From Eledone cirrhosa (Eukaryota), in contig OZ024754.1 in the NCBI GenBank assembly GCA_964016885.1, positions 24,242,001-24,306,000 of the forward strand: a stretch of 64,000 bases of DNA, read 5' to 3'. The notes under the pieces were generated by a model. The model searched no databases, had not been told where the DNA came from, and saw only the letters and a program-made list of their open reading frames with translations. Each line of letters begins with the position of its first letter. Positions within the stretch are counted from its first letter, which is position 1. Made by a program: the position numbers and the translations under genes. This document shows, one piece after another, positions 22,301-40,300 of the stretch.

Positions 22301-25300
22301 AACAACACCAACAACAACACACCACCATTAAAAACACCAACAACAACACACCACCATTAACAACACCAACAACAACACACCAACAACAACACCACCAACA
22401 ACAACACACCACCATTAACAACACCAACAACAACACACCACCATTAACAACACCAACAACAACACACCACAATTAACACCACCAACAACAACACACCACC
22501 ATTAACAACACCAACAACAACACACCACCATTAACAACACCAACAACACACCACCATTAACAACACCAACAACAACACACCACCATTAACAACACCAACA
22601 ACAACACACCACCATTAACAACATCAACAACACACCACCATTAACAACACCAACAACAACACACCACCATTAACAACACCAACAACACACCACCATTAAT
22701 ACCACCAACAACAACACACCACCATTAACAACACCAACAACACACCACCATTAGCAACACCAACAACAATACACCACCATTAACAACACCAACAACACAC
22801 CACCATTAACAACAACACACCACCATTAACAACACCAACAACACACCACCATTAACAACAACAATAACAACACACCACCATTAACAACTCCAACAACAAC
22901 ACACACCATTAACAACACCAACAACACACCACCATTAATAACGCCAACAACAACACACCCCCATTAACAACACCAACAAGAACAAACCACCATTAACAAC
23001 AACACCACCAACAACAACACACCACCATTAACAAAAACACAAACAACAAACCACCATTAACAAGACCAACAACACACACAACCATTAACAACACCAACAA
23101 CAACAAACCACCATTAACAACAACACCACCAACATCAACACACCACCATTAACAACAACACCAACAACAAACCACCTTTAACAACACCAACAACAACAAA
23201 CCACCATTAAAACACAACCAACAACAACAACACACCACCATTAACAACACCAACAACAACAACAAACCACCATTAACAAGACCAACAACACACACCACCA
23301 TTAACAACACCAACAATAACACACCACCATTAACAACACCAACAACGACATACCACCATTAACAACAACAACAACAACACACCACCATTGACAACACCAA
23401 CAACAACACACCACCATTAACAACACCAACAACAACACACCACCATTATCAACACCAACAACAACACACCACCATTAACAACACCAACAACAACACACCA
23501 CCATTAACAACACCACCAACAACACACCACCATTAACAATACCAACAACAACACACCACCATTAACAACACCAACAACAGACACAACCGTTAACAACACC
23601 AACAACAGACACAACCATTAACAACACCAACAACAACACACCAACAACAACACCACCAACAACAACACACCACCATTAACAACACAAACAACACACCACC
23701 ATTAACAACACCAACAACAACACACCACCATTATCAACACCAAAAACAACACACCACCATTAACAACACCAACAACAACACACCACCATTAACAACACCA
23801 ACAACAACACACCACCATTAACAATACCAACAACAACACACCACCATTAACAACACCAACAACAGACACAACCATTAACAACACCAACAACAACACACCA
23901 ACAACAACACCACCAACAAAAACACACCACCATTAACAACACAAACAACACACCACCATTAACAACACCAACAAAAACACACCACCATTAACAACACCAA
24001 CAACAACACACCACCATTAACAACACCAACACCAACACACCACCATTAACAACACCAACAACAACAAACCACCATTAACAACACCAACAACACACACCAC
24101 CATTAACAACATCAACAACAACACACCAACAACAACACACCCCCATTAACAACACCAACAACGCACCACCATTAACAACACCAACAACAACACACGACCA
24201 TTAACAACACCAACAACAACACACCACCATTAACAACACCAACAACACACACCACCATTATCAACGCCAACAACAACACACCACCATTAACAACACCAAC
24301 AACAACACACCACCATTAACAACACCAACAACAACACACCACCATTAACAACACCAACAACAACACACCACCATTAACAACACCAACAACAACAAACCAC
24401 CATTAACAACACCAACAACAACACACCACCTTTAACAACACCAACAACAACACACCACCATTAACAACACCAACAACAACACACCAACAACAACACCACC
24501 AACAACAACACACCACCATTAACAACACCAACAACAACACACCACCATTAACAACACCAACAACAACACACCACCATTAACAACACCAACAACAACACAC
24601 CACCATTAACAACACCAACAACAACACACCAACAACACACCACCAACAACAACACACCACCATTAACACCACCAACAACAACACACCAACAACAACACCA
24701 CCAACAACAACACACCACCATTAACAACACCAACAACACACCACCATTAACAACACCAACAACAACACACCACCATTAACAACACCAACAACAACACACC
24801 ACAATTAACACCACCAACAACAACACACCACCATTAACAACACCAACAACAACACACCACCATTAACAACACCAACAACACACCACCATTAACAACACCA
24901 ACAACATCACACCACCATTAACAACACCAACAACACACACCACCATTAACCACACCAACAACACACCACCATTAACAACACCAACAACACACCACCATTA
25001 ACAACACCAACAACAACACACCACCATTAACAACACCAACAACAACATACCACCATTAACAACATCAACAACGCACCACCATTAACAACACCAACAACAA
25101 CACACCACCATTAACAACACCAACAACACACCACCATTAATACCACCAACAACAACACACCACCATTAACAACACCAACAACACACCACCATTAGCAACA
25201 CCAACAACAACACGCCACCATTAACAACACCAACAACACACCACCATTAACAACAACACACCACCATTAACAACACCAACAACACACCACTATTAACAAC

Positions 25301-28300
25301 TCCAACAACAACACACACCATTAACAACACCAACAACACACCACCATTAATAACGCCAACAACAACACACCCCCATTAACAACACCAACAAGAACAAACC
25401 ACCATTAACAACAACACCACCAACAACAACACACCACCATTAACAACAACACAAACAACAAACCACCATTAACAAGACCAACAACACACACCACCATTAA
25501 CAACACCAACAACAACAAACCACCATTAACAACAACACCACCAACAACACACACCACCATTAACAACAACACCAACAACAAACCACCTTTAACAACACCA
25601 ACAACAACAAACCACCATTAACAACACCAACAACAACACACACCACCATTAACAACACCAACAACAACAAACCACCATTAACAACAACACCACCAACAAC
25701 AACACACCACCATTAACAACAACACCAACAACAAATCACCTTTAACAACACCAACAACAACAAACCACCATTAAAACACAACCAACAACAACAACACACC
25801 ACCATTAACAACACCAACAACAACAACAAACCACCATTAACAAGACCAACAACACACACCACCATTAACAACACCAACAATAACACACCACCATTAACAA
25901 CACCAACAACAACATACCACCATTAACAACAACAACAACAACACACCACCATTAACAACACCAACAACAACACACCACCATTAACAACACCTGCAACAAC
26001 AGACCACCATTAACAACACCAACAATAACACACCACCATTAACAACACCAACAACAACACACCACCACTAACAACACCAACAACAACACACCACCATTAA
26101 CAACACCAACAACAACAAACAACCATTAACAAGACCAACAACAACAAACCACCATTAACAACACCAACAACAACAAATCACCATTAACAAGACCAACAAC
26201 ACACACCACCATTAACACCACTAACAACAACACACCAACAACAACAACACCACCAACAACAACACACCACCATTAACAACACCAACAACAACACACCACC
26301 ATTAACAACACCAACAACAACACACCTCCATTAACATCACCAACAATAACACACCACCATTAACAACACCAACAACAACACACAACCACTAACAACACCA
26401 ACAACAACACACCACCATTAACAACACCAACAACAACACACCACCATTAACAACACCAACAACAACAAACCACCATTAACAAGACCAACAACACACACCA
26501 CTATTAACAACACCAACAACAACACACCACCATTAACAACACCAACAACAACAAACCACCAGTAACAACACCAACAACACACACCACCATTAACAACACC
26601 AACAACAACACACCACCATTAACAACACCAACAACAACACACCACCATTAACAACAACACAACCAACAACAACAGACCACCATTAACAACACCAACAACA
26701 ACACACCACCATTAACAACACCAACAACAACACACCACCATTAACAACAACACAACCAACAACAACACACCACCATTAACACCACCACCAAGAACACACC
26801 ACCATTAATAATACCAACAACAACACACCACCATTAACAACAACACAACCAACAACAACACACCACCATTAACAACACCAACAACAACACACCACCATTA
26901 ATAACACCAACAACACACACCACCATTAACAACACCAACAACAACACACCAACAACAACACCACCAACAACAACACACCACCATTAACAACACAAACAAC
27001 ACACCACCATTAACAACACCAACAACAACAAACCACCAGTAACAAGTCCAACAACAACACATCACCATTAACAAGACCAACAACACACACCACCATTAAC
27101 AACACCAACAACAACACACCACCATTAACAACACCAACAACAACACACGACCATTAACAACAACACAACCAACAACAACACACCACCATTAATAACGCCA
27201 ACAACAACACACCACCATTAACAACACCAACAACACACCACCATTAACAACACCAACAAGAACAAACCACCATTAACAACAACACCACCAACAACAACAC
27301 ACCACCATTAACAACAACACAAACAACAAACCACCATTAACAACACCAACAACACACATCACCATTAACAACAACACAACCAACAACAACACACGACCAT
27401 TAACACCACTAAAAACAACACACCAACAACAACACCACCAACAACAACACACCACCATTAACAACACCAACAAAAACACACCACCATTAACAACAACACC
27501 ACAAACAACAACACACCACCATTAACAACAACAACAACACACACACCACCAATAACATCACTAACAACAACACACCAACAACAACACCACCAACAACAAC
27601 ACACCACCATTAACAACACCAACAACAACACACCACCATTAACAACACCAACAACAACACACCAACAACACACCACCAACAACAACACACCACCATTAAC
27701 ACCACCAACAACAACACACCAGCATTAACAACACCAACAACAACACACCACCACTAACAACACCAACAACAACACACCACCATTAACAACACCAACAACA
27801 ACACACCACCATTAACAACACCAACAACAACAAACCACCATTAACAAGACCAACAACACACACCACTATTAACAACACCAACAACAACACACCACCATTA
27901 ACAACACCAACAACAACAAACCGCCAGTAACAACACCAACAACACACACCACCATTAACAACACCAACAACAACACACCACCATTAACAACACCAACAAC
28001 AACACACCACCATTAACAACAACACAACCAACAACAACAGACCACCATTAACAACACCAACAACAACACACCACCATTAACAACAGCAACAACAACACAC
28101 CACCATTAACAACAACACAACCAACAACAACACACCACCATTAACACCACCAACAAGAACACACCACCATTAATAATACCAACAACAACAAACCACCATT
28201 AACAACACCTACAACAACACACCACCATTAACAACAACACAACCAACAACAACACACCACCATTAACAACACCAACAACAACACACCACCATTAATAACA

Positions 28301-31300
28301 CCAACAACACACACCACCATTAACAACACCAACAGCAACACACCAACAACAACACCACCAACAACAACACACCACCATTAACAACACCAACAACACACCA
28401 CCATTAACAACACCAACAACACACTACCATTAACAACACCAACAACACACCACCATTAGCAACACCAACAAAAACACACCACCATTAACAACACCAACAA
28501 CACACCACCATTAACAACACCAACAACACACCACCATTAACAAAACCAACAACACACCATCTTTAACAACAACAACAACAACACACCACCATTAACAACT
28601 CGAACAACAACACACCACCATTAACAACACCAACAACACACCACCATTAATAACGCCAACAACAACACACCCCCATTAACAACACCAACAAGAACAAACC
28701 ACCATTAACAACAACACCACCAACAACAACACACCACCATTAACAACACCAACAACAAACCACCATTAACAAGACCAACAACAACAAACCACCATTAACA
28801 ACAACACCACCAACAACAACACACCACCATTAACAACACCAACAACAAACCACCTTTAACAACACCGACAACAACAACAAACCACCATTAACAAGACCAA
28901 CAACACACACCACCATTAACAACACCAACAATAACACACCACCATTAACAACACCAACAACAACACACCACCATTAACAACAACAACAACAACAACACAC
29001 CACCATTAACAACACCAACAACAACACACCACCATTAACAACAACACCACAAACAACAACACACCACCATTAACAACAACAACAACACACACACCACCAA
29101 TAACACCAGTAACAACAACACACCAACAACAACACCACCAACAACAACACACCACCATTAACAACACCAACAACAACACACCACCATTAACAACACCAAC
29201 AACAACACACCAACAACACACCACCAACAACAACACACCACCATTAACACCACCAACAACAACACACCAGCATTAACAACACCAACAACAACACACCACC
29301 ACTAACAACACCAACAACAACACACCACCATTAACAACACCAACAACAACACCAACAACAACAAACCACCATTAACAAGACCAACAACACACACCACTAT
29401 TAACAACACCAACAACAACACACCACCATTAACAACACCAACAACAACAAACCACCAGTAACAACACCAACAACACACACCACCATTAACAACACCAACA
29501 ACAACACACCACCATTAACAACAACACAACCAACAACAACAGACCACCATTAACAACACCAACAACAACACACCACCATTAACAACAGCAACAACAACAC
29601 ACCACCATTAACAACAACACAACCAACAACAACACACCACCATTAACACCACCAACAAGAACACACCACCATTAATAATACCAACAACAACAAACCACCA
29701 TTAACAACACCAACAACAACACACCACCATTAACAACAACACAACCAACAACAACACACCACCATTAACAACACCAACAACAACACACCACCATTAATAA
29801 CACCAACAACACACACCACCATTAACAACACCAACAACAACACACCAACAACAACACCACCAACAACAACACACCACCATTAACAACACAAACAACACAC
29901 CACCATTAAGAACACCAACAACACACTACCATTAACAACACCAACAACACACCACCATTAGCAACACCAACAAAAACACACCACCATTAACAACACCAAC
30001 AACACACCACCATTAACAACAACAACAACACACCACCATTAACAACACCAACAACACACCACCTTTAACAACAACAACAACAACACACCACCATTAACAA
30101 CTCCAACAACAACACACCACCATTAACAACACCAACAACAAACCACCTTTAACAACACCGACAACAACAACAAACCACCATTAACAAGAACAACAACACA
30201 CACCACCATTAACAACACCAACAATAACACACCACCATTAACAACACCAACAACAACACACCACCATTAACAACAACAACAACAACACACCACCATTAAC
30301 AACACCAACAACAACAAACCACCATTAACAACACCAACAACAACAAATCACCATTAACAAGACCAACAACACACACCAACATTAACAACACCAACAACAA
30401 GACACCACCATTAACAACACCAAAAACAACACACCGCCATTAACAATACCAACAACAACAAACCACCAGTAACAACACCAACAACAACACACCACCATTA
30501 ACAAGACCAACAACACACACCACCATTAACAACACCAACAACAACACACCGCCATTAACAACACCAACAACAACAAACCACCATTAACAACACCAACAAC
30601 AAGACACCACCATTAACAACACCAACAACAACACACCGCCATTAACAAGACCAACAACAACAAACCACCATTAACAACACCAACAACAACACACCACCAT
30701 TAACAAGACCAACAACACACACCACCATTAACAACACCAACAACAACACACCACCATTAACAACACCAACAACAACACACCACCATTAACAACAACACAA
30801 CCAACAACAACACACCACCATTAACAACACCAACAACACACCACCATTAACACCACTAACAACAACACACCAACAACAACACCACCAACAACAACACACC
30901 ACCATTAACAACACCAACAACAACACACCACCATTAACAACACCAACAATAACACACCACCATTAACAACACCAATAACAACACACCACCATTAACAAGA
31001 CCAACAACAACACCAACAACAACACACCACCATTAACAACACCAACAACAACACACCACCATTAACAACACCAACAACAACAAACCACCATTAACAAGAC
31101 CAACAACAACACACCACCATTAACAACACCAACAACAACACACCACCATTAACAACACCAACAACAACAAACCACCATTAACAACACCAACAACAACAAA
31201 TCACCATTAACAAGACCAACAACAACACCAACAACAACACACCACCATTAACAACACCAACAACAACACACCACCAGTAACAACACCAACAACAACAAAC

Positions 31301-34300
31301 CACCATTAACAAGACCAACAACACACACCACCATTAACAACACCAACAACAACAAACCACCAGTAACAAGACCAACAACAACACACCACCATTAACAAGA
31401 CCAACAACACACACCACCATTAACAACACCAACAACAACACACCACCATTAACAGCACCAACAACAACACACGACCATTAACAACAACACAACCAACAAC
31501 AACACACCACCATTAACACCACCAACAAGATCACACACCATTAATAATACCAACAACAACAAACCACCATTAACAACACCAACAACAACACACCACCATT
31601 AACAACACCAACAACACACCACCATTAACAACACCAACAACACACCACCATTAACAACAACAACAAAAACACACCACCATTAACAACTCCAACAACAACA
31701 CACCACCATTAACAACACCAACAACATACCACCATTAATAACGCCAACAACAACACACCACCATTAACAACACCAACAACACACCACCATTAACACACCA
31801 ACAAGAACAAACCACCATTAACAACAACACCACCAACAACAACACACCACCATTAACAACAACACAAACAACAAACCACCATTAACAACACCAACAACAC
31901 ACACCACCATTAACAACAACACAACCAACAACAACACAGCACCATTAACACCACTAAAAACAACACACCAACAACAACACCACCAACAACAACACACCAC
32001 CATTAACAACACCAACAACAACACACCACCATTAACAACAACACCACAAACAACAACACACCACCATTAACAACAACAACACACACACCACCAATAACAC
32101 CACAAACAACAACACACCAACAACAACACCACCAACAACAACACACCACCATTAACAACACCAACAACAACACACCACCATTAACAACACCAAAAACAAC
32201 ACACCAACAACACACCACCAACAACAACACACCACCATTAACACCACCAACAACAACACACCATCATTAACAACACCAACAACAACACACCACCACTAAC
32301 AACACCAACAACAACACACCACCATTAACAACACCAACAACAACACACCACAATTAACAAGACCAACAACACACACCACTATTAACAACACCAACAACAA
32401 CACACCACCATTAACAACACCAACAACAACAAACCACCAGTAACAACACCAACAACACACACCACCATTAACAACACCAACAACAACACACCACCATTAA
32501 CAACACCAACAACAACACACCACCATTAACAACAACACAACCAACAACAACAGACCACCATTAACAACACCAACAACAACACACCACCATTAACAACAGC
32601 AACAAAAACACACCACCATTAACAACAACACAACCAACAACAACACACCACCATTAACACCACCAACAAGAACACACCACCATTAATAATACCAACAACA
32701 ACAAACCACCATTAACAACACCAACAACAACACACCACCATTAACAACAACACAACCAACAACAACACACCACCATTAACAACACCAACAACAACACACC
32801 ACCATTAATAACACCAACAACACACACCACCATTAACAACACCAACAACAACACACCAACAACAACACCACCAACAACAACACACCACCATTAACAACAC
32901 AAACAACACACCACCATTAACAACACCAACAACACACTACCATTAACAACACCAACAACACACCACCATTAGCAACACCAACAAAAACACACCACCATTA
33001 ACAACTCCAACAACAACACACCACCATTAACAACACCAACAACACACCACCATTAATAACGCCAACAACAACACACCCCCATTAACAACACCAACAAGAA
33101 CAAACCACCATTAACAACAACACCACCAACAACAACACACCACCATTAACAACAACACCAACAACAAACCACCATTAACAAGACCAACAACACACACCAC
33201 CATTAACAACACCAACAACAACAAACCACCATTAACAACAACACCACCAACAACAATACACCACCATTAACAACACCAACAACAAACCACCTTTAACAAC
33301 ACCGACAACAACAACAAACCACCATTAACAAGACCAACAACACACACCACCATTAACAACACCAACAATAACACACCACCATTAACAACACCAACAACAA
33401 CACACCACCATTAACAACAACAACAACAACACACCACCATTAACAACACCAACAACAACAAACCACCATTAACAACACCAACAACAACAAATCACCATTA
33501 ACAAGACCAACAACACACACCAACATTAACAACACAAACAACAAGACACCACCATTAACAACACCAACAACAACACACCGCCATTAACAACACCAACAAC
33601 AACAAACCACCAGTAACAACACCAACAACAACACACCACCATTAACAAGACCAACAACACACACCACCATTAACAACACCAACAACAACACACCGCCATT
33701 AACAACACCAACAACAACAAACCACCATTAACAACACCAACAACAAGACACCACCATTAACAACACCAACAACAACACACCGCCATTAACAACACCAACA
33801 ACAACAAACCACCAGTAACAACAACACAACCAACAACAACACACCACCATTAACACCACCAAAAGCAACACACTACCATTAATAATACCAACAACAACAA
33901 ACCACCATTAACAACACCAACAACAACACACCACCATTAACAACAACACAACCAACAACAACACACCACCATTAACAACACCAACAACACACCACCATTA
34001 ACACCACTAAAAACAACACACCAACAACAACACAACCAACAACAACACACCACCATTAACAACACCAACAACAACACACCACCATTAACAACACCAACAA
34101 TAACACACCACCATTAACAACACCAACAACAACACACCACCATTAACAGCACCAACAACAACACACCACCATTAACAACACCAACAACAACAAATCACCA
34201 TTAACAAGACCAACAACAACACCAACAACAACACACCACCATTAACAACACCAACAACAACACACCACCATTAACAACACCAACAACAACAAACCACCAT

Positions 34301-37300
34301 TAACAAGACCAACAACACACACCACCATTAACAACACCAACAGCAACAAACCACCAGTAACAAGACCAACAACAACACACCACCATTAACAAGACCAACA
34401 ACACACACCACCATTAACAACACCAACAACAACACACCACCATTAACAACACCAACAACAACACACGACCATTAACAACAACACAACCAACAACAACACA
34501 CCACCATTAACACCACCAACAAGAACACACCACCATTAATAATACCAACAACAACAAACCACCATTAACAACACCAACAACAACACACCACCATTAACAA
34601 CACCAACAACACACCACCATTAACAACACCAACAACACACCACCATTAACAACAACAACAACAACACACCACCATTAAAAACTCCAACAACAACACACCA
34701 CCATTAACAACACTAACAACACACCACCATTAATAACGCCAACAACAACACACCACCATTAACAACACCAACAACACACCACCATTAACAACACCAACAA
34801 GAACAAACCACCATTAACAACAACACCACCAACAACAACACACCACCATTAACAACAACACAAACAACAAACCACCATTAACAACACCAACAACACACAC
34901 CACCATTAACAACAACACAACCAACAACAACACACCACCATTAACACCACTAAAAACAACACACCAACAACAACACCACCAACAACAACACACCACCATT
35001 AACAACAACACCACAAACAACAACACACCACCATTAACAACAACAACAACACACATACCACCAATAACACCACTAACAACAACACACCAACAACAACACC
35101 ACCAACAACAACACACCACCATTAACAACACCACCAACAACACACCACCATTAACAACACCAACAACAACACACCAACAACACACCACCAACAACAACAC
35201 ACCACCATTAACACCACCAACAACAACACACCAGCATTAACAACACCAACAACAACACACCACCATTAACAACACCAACAACAACACACCAACAACACAC
35301 CACCAACAACAACACACCACCATTAACACCACCAACAACAACACACCACCATTAACAACACCAACAACAACACACCACCATTAACAACACCAACAACAAC
35401 ACACCAACAACACACCACCAACAACAACACACCACCATTAAAAACACCAACAACAACACACCACCATTAACAACACCAACAACAACTCACCACCATTAAC
35501 AACACCAACAACACATCACCATTAACAAGACCAACAACACACACCAACATTAACAACACAAACAACAAGACACCACCATTAACAACACCAACAACAACAC
35601 ACCGCCATTAACAACACCAACAACAACAAACCACCAGTAACAACACCAACAACAACACACCACCATTAACAAGACCAACAACACACACCACCATTAACAA
35701 CACCAACAACAACACACCGCCATTAACAACACCAACAACAACAAACCACCATTAACAACACCAACAACAAGACACCACCATTAACAACACCAACAACAAC
35801 ACACCGCCATTAACAACACCAACAACAACAAACCACCAGTAACAACAACACAACCAACAACAACACACCACCATTAACACCACCAAAAGCAACACACTAC
35901 CATTAATAATACCAACAACAACAAACCACCATTAACAACACCAACAACAACACACCACCATTAACAACAACACAACCAACAACAACACACCACCATTAAC
36001 AACACCAACAACACACCACCATTAACACCACTAAAAACAACACACCAACAACAACACAACCAACAACAACACACCACCATTAACAACACCAACAACAACA
36101 CACCACCATTAACAACACCAACAATAACACACCACCATTAACAACACCAACAACAACACACCACCATTAACAGCACCAACAACAACACACCACCATTAAC
36201 AACACCAACAACAACAAATCACCATTAACAAGACCAACAACAACACCAACAACAACACACCACCATTAACAACACCAACAACAACACACCACCATTAACA
36301 ACACCAACAACAACAAACCACCATTAACAAGACCAACAACACACACCACCATTAACAACACCAACAGCAACAAACCACCAGTAACAAGACCAACAACAAC
36401 ACACCACCATTAACAAGACCAACAACACACACCACCATTAACAACACCAACAACACACACCACCATTAACAACACCAACAACAACACACGACCATTAACA
36501 ACAACAACAACAACACACCACCATTAAAAACTCCAACAACAACACACCACCATTAACAACACTAACAACACACCACCATTAATAACGCCAACAACAACAC
36601 ACCACCATTAACAACACCAACAACACACCACCATTAACAACACCAACAAGAACAAACCACCATTAACAACAACACCACCAACAACAACACACCACCATTA
36701 ACAACAACACAAACAACAAACCACCATTAACAACACCAACAACACACACCACCATTAACAACAACACAACCAACAACAACACACCACCATTAACACCACT
36801 AAAAACAACACACCAACAACAACACCACCAACAACAACACACCACCATTAACAACAACACCACAAACAACAACACACCACCATTAACAACAACAACAACA
36901 CACATACCACCAATAACACCACTAACAACAACACACCAACAACAACACCACCAACAACAACACACCACCATTAACAACACCACCAACAACACACCACCAT
37001 TAACAACACCAACAACAACACACCAACAACACACCACCAACAACAACACACCACCATTAACACCACCAACAACAACACACCAGCATTAACAACACCAACA
37101 ACAACACACCACCATTAACAACACCAACAACAACACACCAACAACACACCACCAACAACAACACACCACCATTAACACCACCAACAACAACACACCACCA
37201 TTAACAACACCAACAACAACACACCACCATTAACAACACCAACAACAACACACCAACAACACACCACCAACAACAACACACCACCATTAAAAACACCAAC

Positions 37301-40300
37301 AACAACACACCACCATTAACAACACCAACAACAACTCACCACCATTAACAACACCAACAACACATCACCATTAACAACACCAACAACACACCACCATTAA
37401 CAACGCCAACAACAACACACCACCATTAACAACACCAACAACACACCACCATTGACAACACCAACAACAACACACCACCATTAACAACACCAACAACACA
37501 CCACCATTGACAACACCAACAACAACACACCACCATTAACAACACCAACAACAACACACCACCATTAACAACACCAACAACAACACACCACCACTAACAA
37601 CACCAACAACCACACACCACCATTAACAACACCAACAACACACCACCATTGACAACACCAACAACAACACACCACCATTAACAACACCAACAACAACACA
37701 CCACCATTATCAACACCAACAACAACACACCACCATTAACAACACCAACAACAACACACCACCATTAACAACACCAACAACAACACACCACCATTAACAA
37801 TACCAACAACAACACACCACCATTAACAACACCAACAACAGACACAACCATTAACAACACCAACAACAACACACCAACAACAACACCACCAACAACACAC
37901 CACCATTAACAACACAAACAACACACCACCATTAACAACACCAACAACAACACACCACCATTATCAACACCAACAACAACACACCACCATTAACAACACC
38001 AACAACAACACACCACCATTAACAACACCAACAACAACACACCACCATTAACAATACCAACAACAACACACCACCATTAACAACACCAACAACAGACACA
38101 ACCATTAACAACACCAACAACAACACACCAACAACAACACCACCAACAACAACACACCACCATTAACAACACAAACAACACACCACCATTAACAACACCA
38201 ACAACAACACACCACCATTAACAACACCAACAACAACACACCACCACTAACAACACCAACAACAACAAACCACCATTAACAACACCAACAACACACACCA
38301 CCATTAACAACACCAACAACAACACACCACCATTAACAACACCAACAACAACACACCACCATTATCAATACCAACAACAACACACCACCATTAACAACAC
38401 CAACAACAGACACAACCATTACCAACACCAACAACAACACACCAACAACAACACCACCAACAACAACACACCACCATTAACAACACAAACAACACACCAC
38501 CATTAACAACACCAACAACAACACACCACCATTAACAACACCAACAACAACACACCACCATTAACAACACCAACAACAACACACCACCACTAACAACACC
38601 AACAACAACAAACCACCATTAACAACACCAACAACACACACCCCCATTAACAACACCAACAACGGACCACCATTAACTACACCAACAACAACACACGACC
38701 ATTAACAACACCAACAACAACACACCACCATTATCAACACCAACAACAACACACCACCATTAACAACACCAACAACAACACACCACCATTAACAACACCA
38801 ACAACAACACACCACCATTAACAACACCAACAACAACAAACCACCATTAACAACACCAACAACAACACACCACCATTAACAACACCAACAACAACACACC
38901 ACCATTAACAACACCAACAACAACACACCAACAACAACACCACCAACAACAACACACCACCATTAACAACACCAACAACAACACACCACCATTAACAACA
39001 CCAACAACAACACACCACCATTAACAACACCAACAACAACACACCACCATTAACAACACGAACAACAACACACAACCATTAACAACACCAACAACAACAC
39101 ACCACCATTAACAACACCAACAACAACACACCAACAACAACACCACCAACAACAACACACCACCATTAACAACACCAACAACACACCACCATTAACAACA
39201 CCAACAACAACACACCACCATTAACAACACCAACAACAACAAACCACCATTAACAACACAAACAACAAACCACCATTAACAAGACCAACAACACACACCA
39301 CCATTAACAACACCAACAACAACAAACCACCATTAACAACAACACCACCAACAACAACACACCACCATTAACAACAACACAAACAACAAACCACCTTTAA
39401 CAACACCAACAACACACACCACCATTAACAACACCAACAATAACACACCACCATTAACAACACCAACAACAACACACCACCATTAACAACAACAACAACA
39501 ACACACCACCATTAACAACACCAACAACAACAAACCACCATTAACAACACCAACAACAACAAATCACCATTAACAAGACCAACAACACACACCAACATTA
39601 ACAACACAAACAACAAGACACCACCATTAACAACACCAACAACAACACACCGCCATTAACAACACCAACAACAACAAACCACCAGTAACAACACCAACAA
39701 CAACACACCACCATTAACAAGACCAACAACACACACCACCATTAACAACACCAACAACAACACACCGCCATTAACAACACCAACAACAACAAACCACCAT
39801 TAACAACACCAACAACAAGACACCACCATTAACAACACCAACAACAACACACCGCCATTAACAACACCAACAACAACAAACCACCAGTAACAACAACACA
39901 ACCAACAACAACACACCACCATTAACACCACCAAAAGCAACACACTACCATTAATAATACCAACAACAACAAACCACCATTAACAACACCAACAACAACA
40001 CACCACCATTAACAACAAAACAACCAACAACAACACACCACCATTAACAACACCAACAACACACCACCATTAACACCACTAAAAACAACACACCAACAAC
40101 AACACAACCAACAACAACACACCACCATTAACAACACCAACAACAACACACCACCATTAACAACACCAACAATAAAACACCACCATTAACAACACCAACA
40201 ACAACACACCACCATTAACAGCACCAACAACAACACACCACCATTAACAACACCAACAACAACAAACCACCATTAACAACACCATCAACAACAAATCACC

